This document shows, piece by piece, positions 41,010 through 53,195 of a stretch of 64,000 nucleotides of DNA. Each line of letters opens with the position of its first letter. Positions within the stretch are counted from its first letter, which is position 1. The stretch is from Octopus sinensis (taxonomy: Eukaryota): assembly GCF_006345805.1 (NCBI RefSeq), contig NC_043005.1, positions 22,630,001 to 22,694,000 on the forward strand. Reading direction: 5' to 3'. The notes under the pieces are model-generated. The model was not told the origin of the DNA. It searched no databases and saw nothing but the letters and a program-made list of their open reading frames with translations. Both the position numbers and the translations under genes were made by a program.

Positions 41010-41045
<36 letters not shown>

Positions 41046-41067
41046 GGATGGTATATATATATATATA

Positions 41068-41123
<56 letters not shown>

Positions 41124-41179
41124 GTGTGTGTGTGTGTGTGTGTGTGTATAAGGATGAAAAGGAACACACGAGTTGATAT

Positions 41180-42490
41180 ATATGAAAGAATAAGTCAAAA
41201 TAGAAAATGCTAAAATAATTTTATAAAGAACATTTCAGTACCCGTTTCAGTCATTTTGAGACCTTTTCAACTGTAACGATTAAATAATTAAATTCAGAAA
41301 ACTTAAAAGAAATGTTTTTTTTAAAGGAATATTTGTATAGTGTTCAAATATAAGTGGCATTTTCCTTGTTTCTGCCTTGCTCTGTCTCTCTTGTTCACAC
41401 TTGTGGGTTCGAGGTCGTTGTGAATTCTTGGTAGGGAAGAAGAAGTATGATGAGGAGAAGGGGGGGGGAAATTTGGGGAGTGCCTTGATTGTTGTATTTT
41501 GAATGGTCAGTGGCGGCTAGCATTTCATGACAGTATTTCTATTGAAAGGTTTGTCTATAGAATTTGCGTAGGTGTTATACTAAAAAGCATTAGTGATAAA
41601 GTTAGGAAGTAGAAGGGAGAGAAGATGATGAAGAAGAAGAAGAAGAAGAAGACGAAGACGATGATGATGATGATGATGATGATGACGATGTTGGTGATGC
41701 TGAAGAAGAAGAAGAAGAAGAAGAAGAAGAAGAAGAAGAAGATGATGATGATGATGATGATGATTATGATATTGATGATGATGGTGAAGAAGGGGAAGAA
41801 GAAGAAGAAGAAGAAGAAGAAGAAGAAGAAGAAGAAGAAGAAGAAGAAGAAGAAGAAAGAGGAGGGAGAATATGAATGAGTGGAAGTAGTGAGGTGTTGT
41901 ATGACTTAAAGTTGGCACGCTATGGCACGCTGTGATTGGGGCTGATTTGTAATGGATTCTTAGGAATGTAATATTTGCGTGTGTATTTGTGTTATTCTAA
42001 GGCAGAGGGGTATATATCGTTTGAGCGTAGACCCGTTCAGAAGGGGCTTATATTTTGTAATAAAGAGAGTTTCTTTACTTATTCGTTGGCTCGAGGTTGT
42101 ATCGTCCCTGAATTGGTAGAGGGAGAAAATCCTGAAGTTTGGTGTTTTTTGTAGGCGCAAGTATCTATGTGTTGGCTGAATGTTATTTTTCTGTTTTGGG
42201 GAATTTTTATCTGGGATCTGTGCAGGGCCATTCTTTTACGCAAACTATTTTTCGTTTGGCCTATGTACTGCTCTTGACACCCAGAGCAGGTTAGTGTGTA
42301 TATCAGGTTCTCTGAAGCACATGTGAAGTTGCTTTTCACTGTAAACCGTTGTCCCTGTTTGAAGGAGAACTCTGATCCTTCAATTAGATAATCGCATATC
42401 CCGCAATTGGGTCTTCCACATTTTTTTACTGTCGGCTTCTGTGTTGTAGAGTGTATTCGGGCTTGTGTTAGGAGACTTTTCATAGATTTA
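41180..42490 (-). mobile_element. Penelope-like element 3' part (GIY-YIG), containing a (GAA/GAT)n expansion at about 41625-41870
   Basis: ORF 42079-42483: KCGRPNCGIC..FTCASENLIYTLTCSGCQEQYIGQT.NSLRKRMALHRSQI. Confidence 0.9.
41233..41276 (-). ncRNA. Degenerate minimal hammerhead-like motif in the Penelope 3' region
   Basis: TACAG-TTGAAAA-GGTC(TCAAAAT)GACT-GAAA-CGGG-TA-CTGAAA; type I topology, with the core deviating from CUGANGA. Confidence 0.45.
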
Positions 42491-42594
42491 GGCTGTCTCT
42501 TGCTTTTATATATATATATATATATATATAAATTTTAGGGTGGTATATAAAAACGCCGCGGAGCCACTGTTGAAACATAAATCCTTCACACAGT

Positions 42595-42750
42595 TCAAAT
42601 TCCGCCGAGGTCGACTTTGCTTTTCATCCTTTCGGAGTCGATAAATAAAGTACCAGTTTCCAACTGGGGTCGATGTAATCGACTTAATCCCTTTGTCTGT
42701 CCTTGTTTGTCGCCTCTATGTTTAGCCCCTTGTGGGCAGTAAAGAAATAC
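42595..42750 (+). mobile_element. 5'-truncated type 1 SINE
   Basis: TTCAAATTCCGCCGAGGTCGACTTTGC core and the same 3' end as 337-571. Confidence 0.9.
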
Positions 42751-43228
42751 ATTATTATCATTTTTATTCCACACAGAGCCATAATTTCTGTTCTTGAAAA
42801 TGCTGCAGGTAGCGCTACTACATATAGCAGCATGATTTAAATATTTCGCACGGACATATTATTTTTCCACAGAATTATATATTTTTCTTCAAATTACCGC
42901 AGGTAGTACCAGTCTCTATTGTTTACTGGTAGCGCTACTACATATAGCGACCTGACTTATGTCCTTCGAACGAACTTATATTATTTTTCATTGTGTGTAG
43001 TTCAGTTCTGTGTTAGAGTTTCAGTTTTATCAGACATTTTTTTTTCAGAATTCATTTTTTAAATGTATTTTCCATTGTGTGTATATTACTTTTCCCCGTG
43101 AGAACTTCAAATCCCAACCTGGGATATTTAGCATTTTTTGCACTGCCGAATCCTCGTTGCCACTGATATGTCCCGCATTATAACGACGTCCTTTCGTCGT
43201 CTGTGTGAATGGATCGTACAGCGTACCT

Positions 43229-44480
43229 CGCTAACAGCGTTTCTTTTATTTGGCCACATGGGACCAAAGGGAGGACAAACAAGAACAGACAATACATAAA
43301 AGGAGGGGGAGTCATGTCGGATGATTTACAATGATATAAATTTTAAAAACTTAAATATGATTTTAAAATTCTTATGTGATTTCAAGGATCCACTTGACTA
43401 CCGACGCCCGACGTAATACTTTTTGCTTTTCCCCTGGCTCTACCTACCTGGTTCCATTCACGCACAGCATCCTTTCTACAGACTTCCATCTTTTTGCGTA
43501 CATACTGTGCGACAGGTATCACTTCTCCAGCCTGATCTTGCTCTTGAGGTGGTAGCCAAAAAAGTTAACCAACCCTTGACCGGAGATGAAGGTACCTGTC
43601 GCGATCCCTTTTGTACGCGTCTTCCATACTGTCTCTTTCAGTATGGCTACCACGCAGAAAAAAAAACAGACATGCCTGTCCCTGTTAAGGGAGGGAGGTG
43701 ACACAATCTTGATGATAGACTCAGCTGATAGCTGTACTCTTCCCATTGTCGACAACAGTTGTTCAGCAGAGGTTATCAGTTCCGTTAATTCCGTACACTG
43801 TACGAAGGCGTACAGGACAGTTTCACTGTCCTGCACACAGCTCGGGCATGTCGGTAGATCGGCACGACCATGCCTCGATAACCTCTCTCGAACAGGTAAA
43901 GCTGATCGATAGCACAACCAGGCCAGATATTTCTGGTAATTAACCATCTACCCTAATCCAAAGGTTGTCATAAACAGTGTGGTCAACTGATTTCCATCGA
44001 CTCCCAGAGTCTCCCACAGGACATCGTCTGACATAAACTCTACCAGCTCGCTATAGAGATCCGCTGTGGAACTCCTGCTGCCGGTATTGGCCACTCGGGA
44101 GAGCAGCCTGAGTGCTTATCGACACTCGCTCTACATAGGTCTACGCTTGATCTATGGACCAATATCCTGTGGGGATGCCAATTGAGGGAAGAAAAACCTC
44201 ATGTGCAGTGACCACACCTGCTCACCATCCAGGTAGAGCCAGTGGTGCTTAAGCCTTAGCATCGACTTGCCCCTCCAGGTGCCGAGTTGCAAACCGACTG
44301 ACTTTTCTTGATTGATTACTGCTCCTGCCACCGCTTCGTATCCTTTGATGGGGTTTTCTATACCAGGTAGCTTCCTTTCATCGGAAACGATGATGGTGAT
44401 ATCATCTGCGTACGCGGTAGCTGTTCTTTCGCCCCATAGATCATGCGAAACGCCTCCATCATTCGCAGTAATGGCTCTAG
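43229..44480 (-). mobile_element. Diverged Tx1/L1-clade relative without GATA flanks
   Basis: TAYADDITIIVSD..GAVINQEKSVGLQLGTW and LAWLCYRSALPVRERL..CPSCVQDSETVLYAFVQC; terminus TGGCCAAATAAAAGAAAC. Confidence 0.85.
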
Positions 44481-44489
44481 GGGACATTC

Positions 44490-45150
44490 CTTCTATAAAT
44501 TAAGACATGACAGAGTTGGCCAATATCTACACTGGCTAATAAGTCGGCATTACAATATCAAAACTGCCGACAAGTGGTATAATCACCACCCTGAAGCTGT
44601 AACTGAAGGAGAAAATGTAACCATTCTGTGTGACTTTCCAGTACATACAGACCGAACCATCAAAGCCAATAAATTAGATATTGTTGTGAAAGACCAAAAC
44701 AATAAAGTTTGCTTATTGATCGACATGAGCATCCCCTGTGATCATAATATCTCGGCGAAAGAGTTTGACAAGCTCAGAAAATATAAAGACCTACTCATTG
44801 AAATTGAGAAAATGTGGCATCTCAAGGCGGTTACAATACCAGTGATCGTAGGAGCACTAGGAATGATCAAGAAGGGAACCGAAAATTATATGAGAATGAT
44901 CCCTGGCTTACCATCCCTGCAAGAAGTGCAAAAGATTGTCTTAACTGGTACATCACACGTATTGAGAAGAGCATTGTCGATGTGAGAACTATTACTACCC
45001 ATGTATTTTAATTTAACTTAAAAAAAAAATGAACGAACTATTGAGTTTAGTTTAATGGCCTACCAATGTAAACTATGAGTTTCTTTGCCCTAGGAGTCGG
45101 GCAGACACTCGGCAAGAAATGGAAGCAAATTTGAAAGAGGAAAAAAACAA

Positions 45151-45151
<1 letters not shown>
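44490..45151 (+). mobile_element. R4/Dong-type 3' fragment with (AAT)n tail (45152-45225)
   Basis: HDRVGQYLHW..TDRTIKANKLDIVV..LIDMSIP..KYKDLLIE..PVIVGALG..VLRRALSM*. Confidence 0.92.
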
Positions 45152-45196
<45 letters not shown>

Positions 45197-45229
45197 TAAT
45201 AATAATGATAATAATAATAGTAATAATTT

Positions 45230-45620
45230 CTTACTTAGGTACAATACCAAAATTCTAGAAAAGTGGTTAATCTACTAAATTGACCACATAAGTTGATTGG
45301 TACTTCATTTTATCAACCCTGGAGAGATGAAAAGCAAAGTTGACCATGATAGGATTTGAAATGAGAATGTAAAGTGAAAGCAAATTCCACATGTTTGTGT
45401 CCTATGCTTTTTCCTTTCAACCAATAACAATAATTGTTTCTATTATAGGCAAAGAACCTGAAGAATTAGAGGAAAGGATCTGTCAATTAAATCTAACCCA
45501 GTGCTTGTCTTGTACTTTAACTTATTTGTCTCGGAGGAATGAAAGGCAAAATTACCCTCGGAAGTGTTTGATCTCAAAATATTTAGAAACGGAACAATCA
45601 ACGCAAGGCATTTTTCCCAA
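45230..45620 (-). mobile_element. Two diverged type 1 SINE copies
   Basis: GATGAAAAGCAAAGTTGACC (about 45327) and GAATGAAAGGCAAAATTACCC (about 45538) cores. Confidence 0.6.
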
Positions 45621-45745
45621 CGCTTTTCAGATTTTACCAACCCAACAACCTTTTAACTAATAATAATAAAAACAGCAAGAATTTGCGTGTGCAGCAGTAG
45701 ATTTCCACTACGACGTTAATGGAAAAGTTGTTAAGTCTTTGACAT

Positions 45746-45880
45746 TCAGGGACGGTCATGAAGTTGGTGTGTATTGGAATTCAGAAGATGTTTTCCTTCG
45801 TCTTTGTTGCTCCATAGTTTTCTAAAATCTTCAATCTTTGGTAAATATTTTGACAATATCTGATATGTCAAAATTAAAGT
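45746..45880 (-). CDS. Terminal coding exon of an MFS-type (SLC18B1-like) transporter
   Basis: Acceptor TTTCTTTTACAG|; phase 0; TLILTYQILSKYLPKIEDFRKLWSNKDEGKHLLNSNTHQLHDRP*; in frame with the 47423-47516 exon. Confidence 0.7.
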   Translation of the reverse strand, partial: TLILTYQILSKYLPKIEDFRKLWSNKDEGKHLLNSNTHQLHDRP

Positions 45881-46756
45881 CTGTAAAAGAAACAAATCAC
45901 ATCAACATCATCATCAGAGACATCATCTTCATGATCATAACATTGTTAAAAACACTAGCAACAGAAATGAAGGAGGAGGCCTCTATGCAATCGTTCACCT
46001 AATATAACTAATAACTAAATCTTCAAATAATAACCTAGCGCAAATATTCTGGATAAACTAATCCTGGATAGAATATGCCAGAAAACTAACTTCAGGACTC
46101 ACTTTATGCTCATACTATGCTGTACAGATCACAATGAGTTCATGTTTGTATCACCATGAACAGAACATTTTCTGTAGCCATCGTGTTATTTAATCCTCTG
46201 TATCGCGGCACAACTATATGAACTGATATATGACGCATCAGCTTTGCCTATTTTCCTATGTCGTATCCAGTCTTCAAAACCTAGAGATAGATCTATGTCC
46301 TGCCTCTTGGTAAATTTCTTTGAAAGAATTGTCAGATGAAGTTGCAGAACATTTTATGGCATACTTCTCTTCCTTGCTTTTATTTATTTTTTCAGGGTGC
46401 TTTTCCAAGTTGAATTCATCTCTTCGGTTGGTAACATTTGCAAAGCTTGAGTTGAAACTGTCTCAAACGTCTGTGTTTACAAATGTATGCGTATGTGGAA
46501 TTGTCATTTTTCTGGATATTCTTTTTCAAGGCACAACAAATATCCGAGTTAGACTGTATGTCTTCTGTTTATCTTTTTGATATCTTCTAAACACTTCGAG
46601 GCGTATCGCATGACTATCTCAGTGGATACGATTTTTACAAATAATATTTTCTCTGAAGTGTGAAACGCAAAGTAGGTTCCTGCAAAATGGAACTCTGATC
46701 GCAAAAATAAATGAGTAAATAAATAAATTAATATATATATATATATAAATAAATTA

Positions 46757-46821
<65 letters not shown>

Positions 46822-46869
46822 TAATGGCTTCCTTGCTGGAGCGGGCCTCCCAAAATGTTAAAAGAAGAT

Positions 46870-47327
46870 ATAATATGCCTTGTTCACAAAGGAGGAAGAA
46901 GAGCAGATACTAAAAATTACAGGCCTATCCTCTCTAACTTCATATGTTAGTAAAGTCATGGAACTCATTGTCAGAAGGAGGCTTGTTGTGTTATTAGAGG
47001 AACATATCTTGCTCACAAACACGCAACATGGCTTCCATTCAGGAAGGAGCTGCCTCACACAGCTACTACAGCATTTCGAGTGGGTACTGAAAAAACAGCT
47101 CAGCCGTTCAAATGTGGAAATGATATATCTCAACTTTGCTAAGGCCTCCGACAAAGATGATCATGGGATATATAACAAACTGTGTGACCTTGGTATCACT
47201 GAAAAACTAGGTGATTGACTGCATAACGTTTTAGGAAGTAGAAGTCAGAGACTTGCAGATAATCGTGCCCTCTCTGGGAAGACATCAATTCTCAGCTGAA
47301 TCCCTCAGGGAACTGTACTGGGACCAT
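46870..47327 (+). pseudogene. CR1-like RT remnant (intronic, antisense to the host gene)
   Basis: SLTSYVSKVMELIV..QHGFHSGRSCLTQLLQHFE..IYLNFAKASDK..IPQGTVLGP. Confidence 0.85.
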
Positions 47328-47422
47328 ATATATGCGCGCGCGCTCGTGTGTGTAATACATTGAGTTGTATTATTTTTGTCAAGGAAAGAATGAAATACTA
47401 ATAAAGCAACAGAGCTACTTAC

Positions 47423-47516
47423 AGTAAATAATATAAGAATTGCTAAATGGGTAAGACTCCATCTATAGCCAAATACATCTAAAATAAGTCCAGCAACTGT
47501 AAATCCAGTGAAATGT
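47423..47516 (-). CDS. Internal exon of the MFS-type transporter
   Basis: TTTTCCTTAG| acceptor and |GTAAGT donor; (G)HFTGFTVAGLILDVFGYRWSLTHLAILILFT, a transmembrane G..G..L.D..G.RW pattern. Confidence 0.85.
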
Positions 47517-47629
47517 CTAAGGAAAACAAAATCACAAAAAAGAAACATCACAAAGATATATTTTATTTGCTACAAGCATTATGAAATTAACATTATTATC
47601 AAACAATAACAATAATAATAATAGTAATG

Positions 47630-47847
47630 ATAATCCTTTCTACTGAAGGCACAAGTCCTGAAATTTTGGGGAAGAGGATAAGTTGATTACATGAACCCAG
47701 TACTTGACTAATATTTATCTTATCGACCCCGAAAGAGTGAAAGGCGCGGTCGGCCACGGCGTAATTTGAACTAGGAACTAGAACTGGACACAATGCCACT
47801 AAGCATTTTGCACGGGTTGCTAACGATTCAGCCAGTTCACCACCCAC

Positions 47848-47850
<3 letters not shown>
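47630..47850 (-). mobile_element. Type 1 SINE within an (AAT)n array
   Basis: Core GTGAAAGGCGCGGTCGGCC and head GATTCAGCCAG; AAT repeats on both sides. Confidence 0.85.
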
Positions 47851-47914
<64 letters not shown>

Positions 47915-47915
<1 letters not shown>

Positions 47916-48300
47916 TAGCAGTATCGCCCGGCGTTGCTCAGGTTTGTAAGGGAAATAACTATAAAGCATTTTTAGAGAGTTATAGCCAAAAAATAGCAAA
48001 AAAATGGAAAAAAATGATGGTAAATTTTTTTTTGAGAGTTAAAAAAGGATGGAGTTGCGTCCCCTAGATAGTTTGTGGTTCGTGTTTCTGATTTTCGACC
48101 CCATGTCGAATGTATCGATTTTTTTCAGAACTGGGGGAACTTTTCAAAATTTTGGCTGCGTTAGTTTTGAATTATGACGTTGGGCTATGTGTGTGTCAAG
48201 TTTCATCAGAATCGGTTGAAAGCCGTGGTCAGGGTGAGGGTACAAGCAAACAGACACACAGAAACACGCACAGACAAACTGCCGTTTATATATAGAGAGA
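47915..48300 (-). mobile_element. Non-autonomous Helitron inserted in (AAT)n
   Basis: A|CTAGCAGTATCGCCCGGCGTTGC 3' end and TATATATAGAGAGA|T 5' end. Confidence 0.85.
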
Positions 48301-48309
48301 TAATAATAA

Positions 48310-50936
48310 TAACAATAATAAAATGCAGCACACACCACCCCGCCTGCACAAAATTTTAAAAAATGATGCAATAGAAAGTTGCATGAAACTATGAGAGACA
48401 GGAGTTCCTACGGAAATTCCTGTCTCTCATAAACTGTTTCTGCGGAAACTTTGATAGTAACAGCGAAAATTAAGCTGGACCTTTAAAGGAAGGCCTCTCG
48501 CTCGGCAGTGGTTCAGTAAAGATGCAGACTGGCCAGAGCTGTTATCCTAATACAGCATCAATAAATAATAGAGTAAGGTGGAAGTAGACCAGCGAAGAAA
48601 ACAGTATAGTGATGCAATGCTACTTAGAAAATTAACCTAAATGAAGGGGTTATAGACAATAGATGTTAACACTTTGCGTAGAGAAGGGTATTTTTAAAGT
48701 AACTGATCAGAGATTAGTTGATCAAGCTAATGCTATTAGGAGAAGAAAATGGATGACAAAATTGGAGGTGAAAGAGATCACAAAAGAACTGTAAAAGGAA
48801 TACCAGGTAGGAGGAAAGACAAACAACAGCATAAGATATACAGCTCAAACCAAAGAAGAACCTAAAGGAAAAATAATAATAGAGCTACCAATAAGGAAGG
48901 GACAACTGGCATCAATGCCTTAAGTGGTGATTTAAGTGAGGAAGATCAGAATATTTTTAGATGAATTGTAGGAAGTAATGAGTAAAGAAGTAAAAAAAGA
49001 TTGCCAGCTTTAAAAGGCACCAACAGAAGGAAGCTGCTAGAAATAACTAGGGAAGTAGTTTCTGCTATCAGTACGATAGATACTAAAAACATAGGAGACA
49101 TTAGTTTACTGAACTATGCAGGAGAGGTAGTAGTCACCAGAAGATTAGATATCTCATAGGGAAGATTTTTAAAAGAGCAAATGCGGAAAAGGAGACTACA
49201 AAATAAAGTTGTTGTAACATAATTTGTTACGTACAATAAATAAGTTAACCAGACAACAGTAAAATCAATGCAACGAATCAACAATCAATATTCCTTGTGA
49301 ACTAACCAACCAATACCTTCCGGCTTCACTGCGAACTAACACTAACTTCACACGACTCCGAACTCCGAACGTTTAACTCATTGTGAACGTTACTATTTAT
49401 ACTTTACTCGACCGGTCTATCTCTCGCAAGGGGCGTCGTAATTCTCATCACAACAAAGGTGCCTACTTTAAGACAAGATTTGAGTAGACTAGAAGTCTGG
49501 AAACTGAACAATTTAGGAAACACAAGATGCAAATCTTCCCTTGAGAAAAGATACTTAGTCAAAGAGAAAGGATTTGGGACAATAATGGAAGAGTTGAAAC
49601 AGCGTATCATAGCAGTAGCAGGCAAGCTCTCCAGATATAAGAAAAGAATAGATCAGTATCACCAGAAGATACTATTTAAAGCAGACCAGAGGAGATTTTA
49701 TAACCAAAAAATAGTGGAGAACTAAGTACTGAAGATGAGACGCCTAATGCAGAAGAAGCTAGAAAGTTCTGGAATAGAATTTGGAATAAGCGAGTCACTC
49801 ATAACAGGGATGTAGTATGGTTAAAAAAAGTGAGGGAAGAAGTAGTGAGTGAGAAGCAGCCAGATCTAAGACTAATTTGTGCATTAATGAGTAAAGTTTT
49901 AGAAAAATGCCAAATTGGAAGCACAAGACCAGATTTAGTTCAAGGGTACTGGCTACAGAAATTTAACAGTTTGCATGGGAGGCTGAGGGAAAAGCTTCAG
50001 GATTGCCTTAATGGAGAAATAATACCAGATCGGATGACTAGAGGGAGGACACTGCTCATGAAAGATAAGAGCAAGACTAATACAGCTAGCAATGATAGAC
50101 CAATCACTTGCCTACCATTAGTGGAAGCTATTCACTGGAATGCTTTCAGAAAGCATTTCCGAGCACCTTGACAACCAGACTTTACCGCTAGAAAAAAGAA
50201 GAAAGGTTCAGGAAGGAGTCTAAAATTACCAGATGGCCAGATATTAAATCATTGAAAGGAGAAGAGAGTTATAAGTATCTAAGAGTATTACAATCTGACC
50301 GAGTACTAGCTGTAGAAATGGAAACGAAAATTGAGAAGGAGTACATCGGAAGGGTTAGGAAAGTAATAAAGTCAAATCTAAAGGGTCCGAATCTAGTGAA
50401 AGCTGTAAATACTTGGGCAGTATTATTACTTAGATACACAGCAGTTTTTGTAGATTGGACAAAAACTGAAGAAGCAAAGCTAGACGGAAGAACTAGGAAG
50501 GAATTCGATGTGAATGTAGGATTCCACCCAAGGGCTGGAGTAGCAAGATTATACTTACCTAGAAAGGAAGGCAAAAGAGGGTTAATATCAATAGAAGACT
50601 GCGTAGCGTTAGCTAGAGTACATATAGCATTAAAGACTAATTGGATAAAAGCCTAGATAGAGAAAAACCAAGTAGATTCCCAATGTATGTTATTCAAATC
50701 GAAAGAGGAAAGCGTAACTCATATAGTATGTAAATGTAGTATACTGGCACAGAATGAATTCAAGAAAAGACATGACAATCTAGGGAGAGTAATCCACTAG
50801 GAGTTATGTAGAAAGCAAGGATTTGAACATACTGATAAATGGTATGAACCTACTAAAGTACTAGAAAGTAAGAAGTACAAGATGTTGTGGGACTTTAACA
50901 TTCAGACTGACAGAGATATAAAATCTAGACGGCCTA

Positions 50937-50981
<45 letters not shown>

Positions 50982-51329
50982 ATAAAGTGATAGAAAGTGC
51001 CAGATAATTGGCTTTACAGTCCCAAATGATGAAGAAATTAATATAAGATATAGAAAAAATAGCAAAGTATACGGACCTATCCACTGAATTACACAAACTG
51101 TGGAAAGTGCGGGTAAAAATTATCCCAGTAGTTATAGGTGCATTGGGAACTATTCCTAAAGATCTGAACAGATGGATAAAGGAAATAGTCATAAAACCCA
51201 GTTTAGTACAGCTGCAGAAAACCGTGTTATTAGGGACAGCTAGGGTACTTCGGAAAGTTCTTGGCATCTAAGGTTACTTCTAGCCCGATGTTACGATATT
51301 TTTCTCTTCCAACAGTATAATTTGTTGGG

Positions 51330-51330
<1 letters not shown>
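48310..51330 (+). mobile_element. Long, internally deleted R4/Dong-type LINE with (AAT)n tail (51330-51392)
   Basis: RRLQNKV|PTLRQDLSRL, GPDLVQGYWL, RPITCLP, YKYL.VLQ, NTWAVLLLRY, RLYLPRKEGKRGL, RHDNLGRVIH, KYTDLSTEL..PVVIGALG; most of the RT core is deleted near 50200; start coordinate is approximate. Confidence 0.85.
49210..49455 (-). mobile_element. Solo LTR
   Basis: TGTTG...CAACA termini; 5-bp TSD AAAGT/AAGGT (one mismatch); TATAAATA on the minus strand; removing it restores the host LINE frame. Confidence 0.8.
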
Positions 51331-51392
<62 letters not shown>

Positions 51393-51393
<1 letters not shown>

Positions 51394-51952
51394 TACCCTG
51401 ATGCAGTATCAGGCAGTGGCTCTCGTGGCTTCTGATCTTAACTGATTGGAAATGTTATCATGTACATTGTTTTGTCTTGGTATAAAGGATGGGCTACAGC
51501 AAATATTCTGCTCAATATCACAGATTTGCCTGTCAGTTGTTTGACCTTGACCAGTTGAGCATGTCCATTAGTGGCTGACGATATGTGCATCTCTAATCAC
51601 AAGCAGAAGTAGTCGGGGAGCATCATAGCCATGTGTTGAGATGGATTCTTTGGGGTTTGAATAATTCACCTCTGGAAACATGGGTGTTTCGTTCAACATC
51701 CTTAAACAATCCTTATTCAGGGACCTTTTGAGTGGAATGGGTTACTTGACCAGAAGAAAATTCTAACTGGACCCCACCTGCAAGGTCATGTGCTGTTTAT
51801 CTTGATATGAGATCACCATGTTGCGCATATATGGTTGTGATGCATGTGACTAGTGTACCCTTATCAGACGAGTAGTCATGATGGGTATACTAGGCTTCGT
51901 ACATTTTACACCAGTGTCACTTTGATGGCATGCACTGCTCTCTCACTCAATA
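51393..51952 (-). mobile_element. Unclassified roughly 560-bp insertion bounded by (AAT)n
   Basis: Non-coding, AAT repeats on both sides, terminal hairpin CCTGATGCAGTATCAGG; orientation is inferred from the presumed (ATT)n tail. Confidence 0.45.
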
Positions 51953-51969
51953 GTAATAATAATGATAAT

Positions 51970-52925
51970 ACCGTGGAACCACTGTTGAAACACGTGAAGA
52001 ATGCTGGCGTCATCAACACTGGAAATTGTGTAACTAAAGAAAAATTTAAAGAAGAAATGAAAAAAAGGAAACGAAAAAGCATGGAAGGTGAAAAAAATGT
52101 ACGGTCTGTTTACAAGAGATGTGAACGCCAAGACAGATACAGAAGACCGGGGGTTATAAATGAGAAAGAGTAACCTGAAGACAGAGACAGAAGCATTCAT
52201 ATGCGCGGCTCTGGAACAAGCATTAAGGACCAACAATATAAAGTGTAGAACAGATAACACAACTGATAGCGACAAATGCAGAATGTGTGGTGAGAGGGGG
52301 TGAAACAGTATGGCACCCCGTTAGCGAATACCAGAAATTGGCACAATACGAATACAAAAACGCCATGACAATGTGACGAGAATGATCTATTGGGAGCTCT
52401 GTGGCAACCACGGTCTACATGAGTAAAGACATGGTATGAGAAAACTCCATATGGAGTCACCGGAAATGAGAATTGCAAAATCCTGTGGGATGCAATGATC
52501 CAGTGCGATCACTCGGCCAGACATCGGAAACCGGACATTGTTGTGGTGAATAAAAAAGAAAGAACTTAAATGATAATCGGCATAGCATGCCCCGGTGACA
52601 ACAGGATCGATCTGAAATAAGAAGAAAATTAAAAACTATGACGATTTGAAGTGGGAAATACGAAGGTTGTGGTCAACGAAGAGAGTAGACGTGATGCCAA
52701 TTGTAATTGGGGCACTTGGAAGTGTCAGCACTCAACTACCGGCATGGCTGAAAAAGACTGCTGCAAGTGTGAAGGTAGAACACCTATAAAAAACAGCATT
52801 GCTTGGAACTGCAAGAATTCTTCACAGGATTCTTGAAGCATGACCAGTAAACAAGTGTCACATTACTCTGCTGGTTGTGAACAGCTGACACTTTCCATCA
52901 TACCCAGCAAAATAAGCTGTGAGTT
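51970..52925 (+). mobile_element. R4/Dong-type 3' fragment with (AAT)n tail (52930-53000)
   Basis: LKTETEAFICAALEQALRTN, KCRMCGE, RHDNV, KILWDAMIQCD..RHRKPDIVVV, PIVIGALGSV. Confidence 0.85.
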
Positions 52926-52939
52926 TTAATATAATAATA

Positions 52940-53001
<62 letters not shown>

Positions 53002-53195
53002 CCTATTGTAAACATTATCCAAATGCACTACAACTCAATGCAAAACGGTGAAAAAAGGGATAAAAAGCAGCTGTAAATCAAGAATAGAACAATGAGAATG
53101 AAAGCCAAACGTGTGTTGTAGTCATTAGTATATATCATTGATAGTAAATAACTAAGTAAAAAAACTGGGTTAGTGGACAAGAATGAGCATACAAA

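Noticed and set aside
42800-42960. Duplicated GGTAGCGCTACTACATATAGC motif as a regulatory site
   Set aside because: There are only two copies with no context; more likely part of a decayed repeat.
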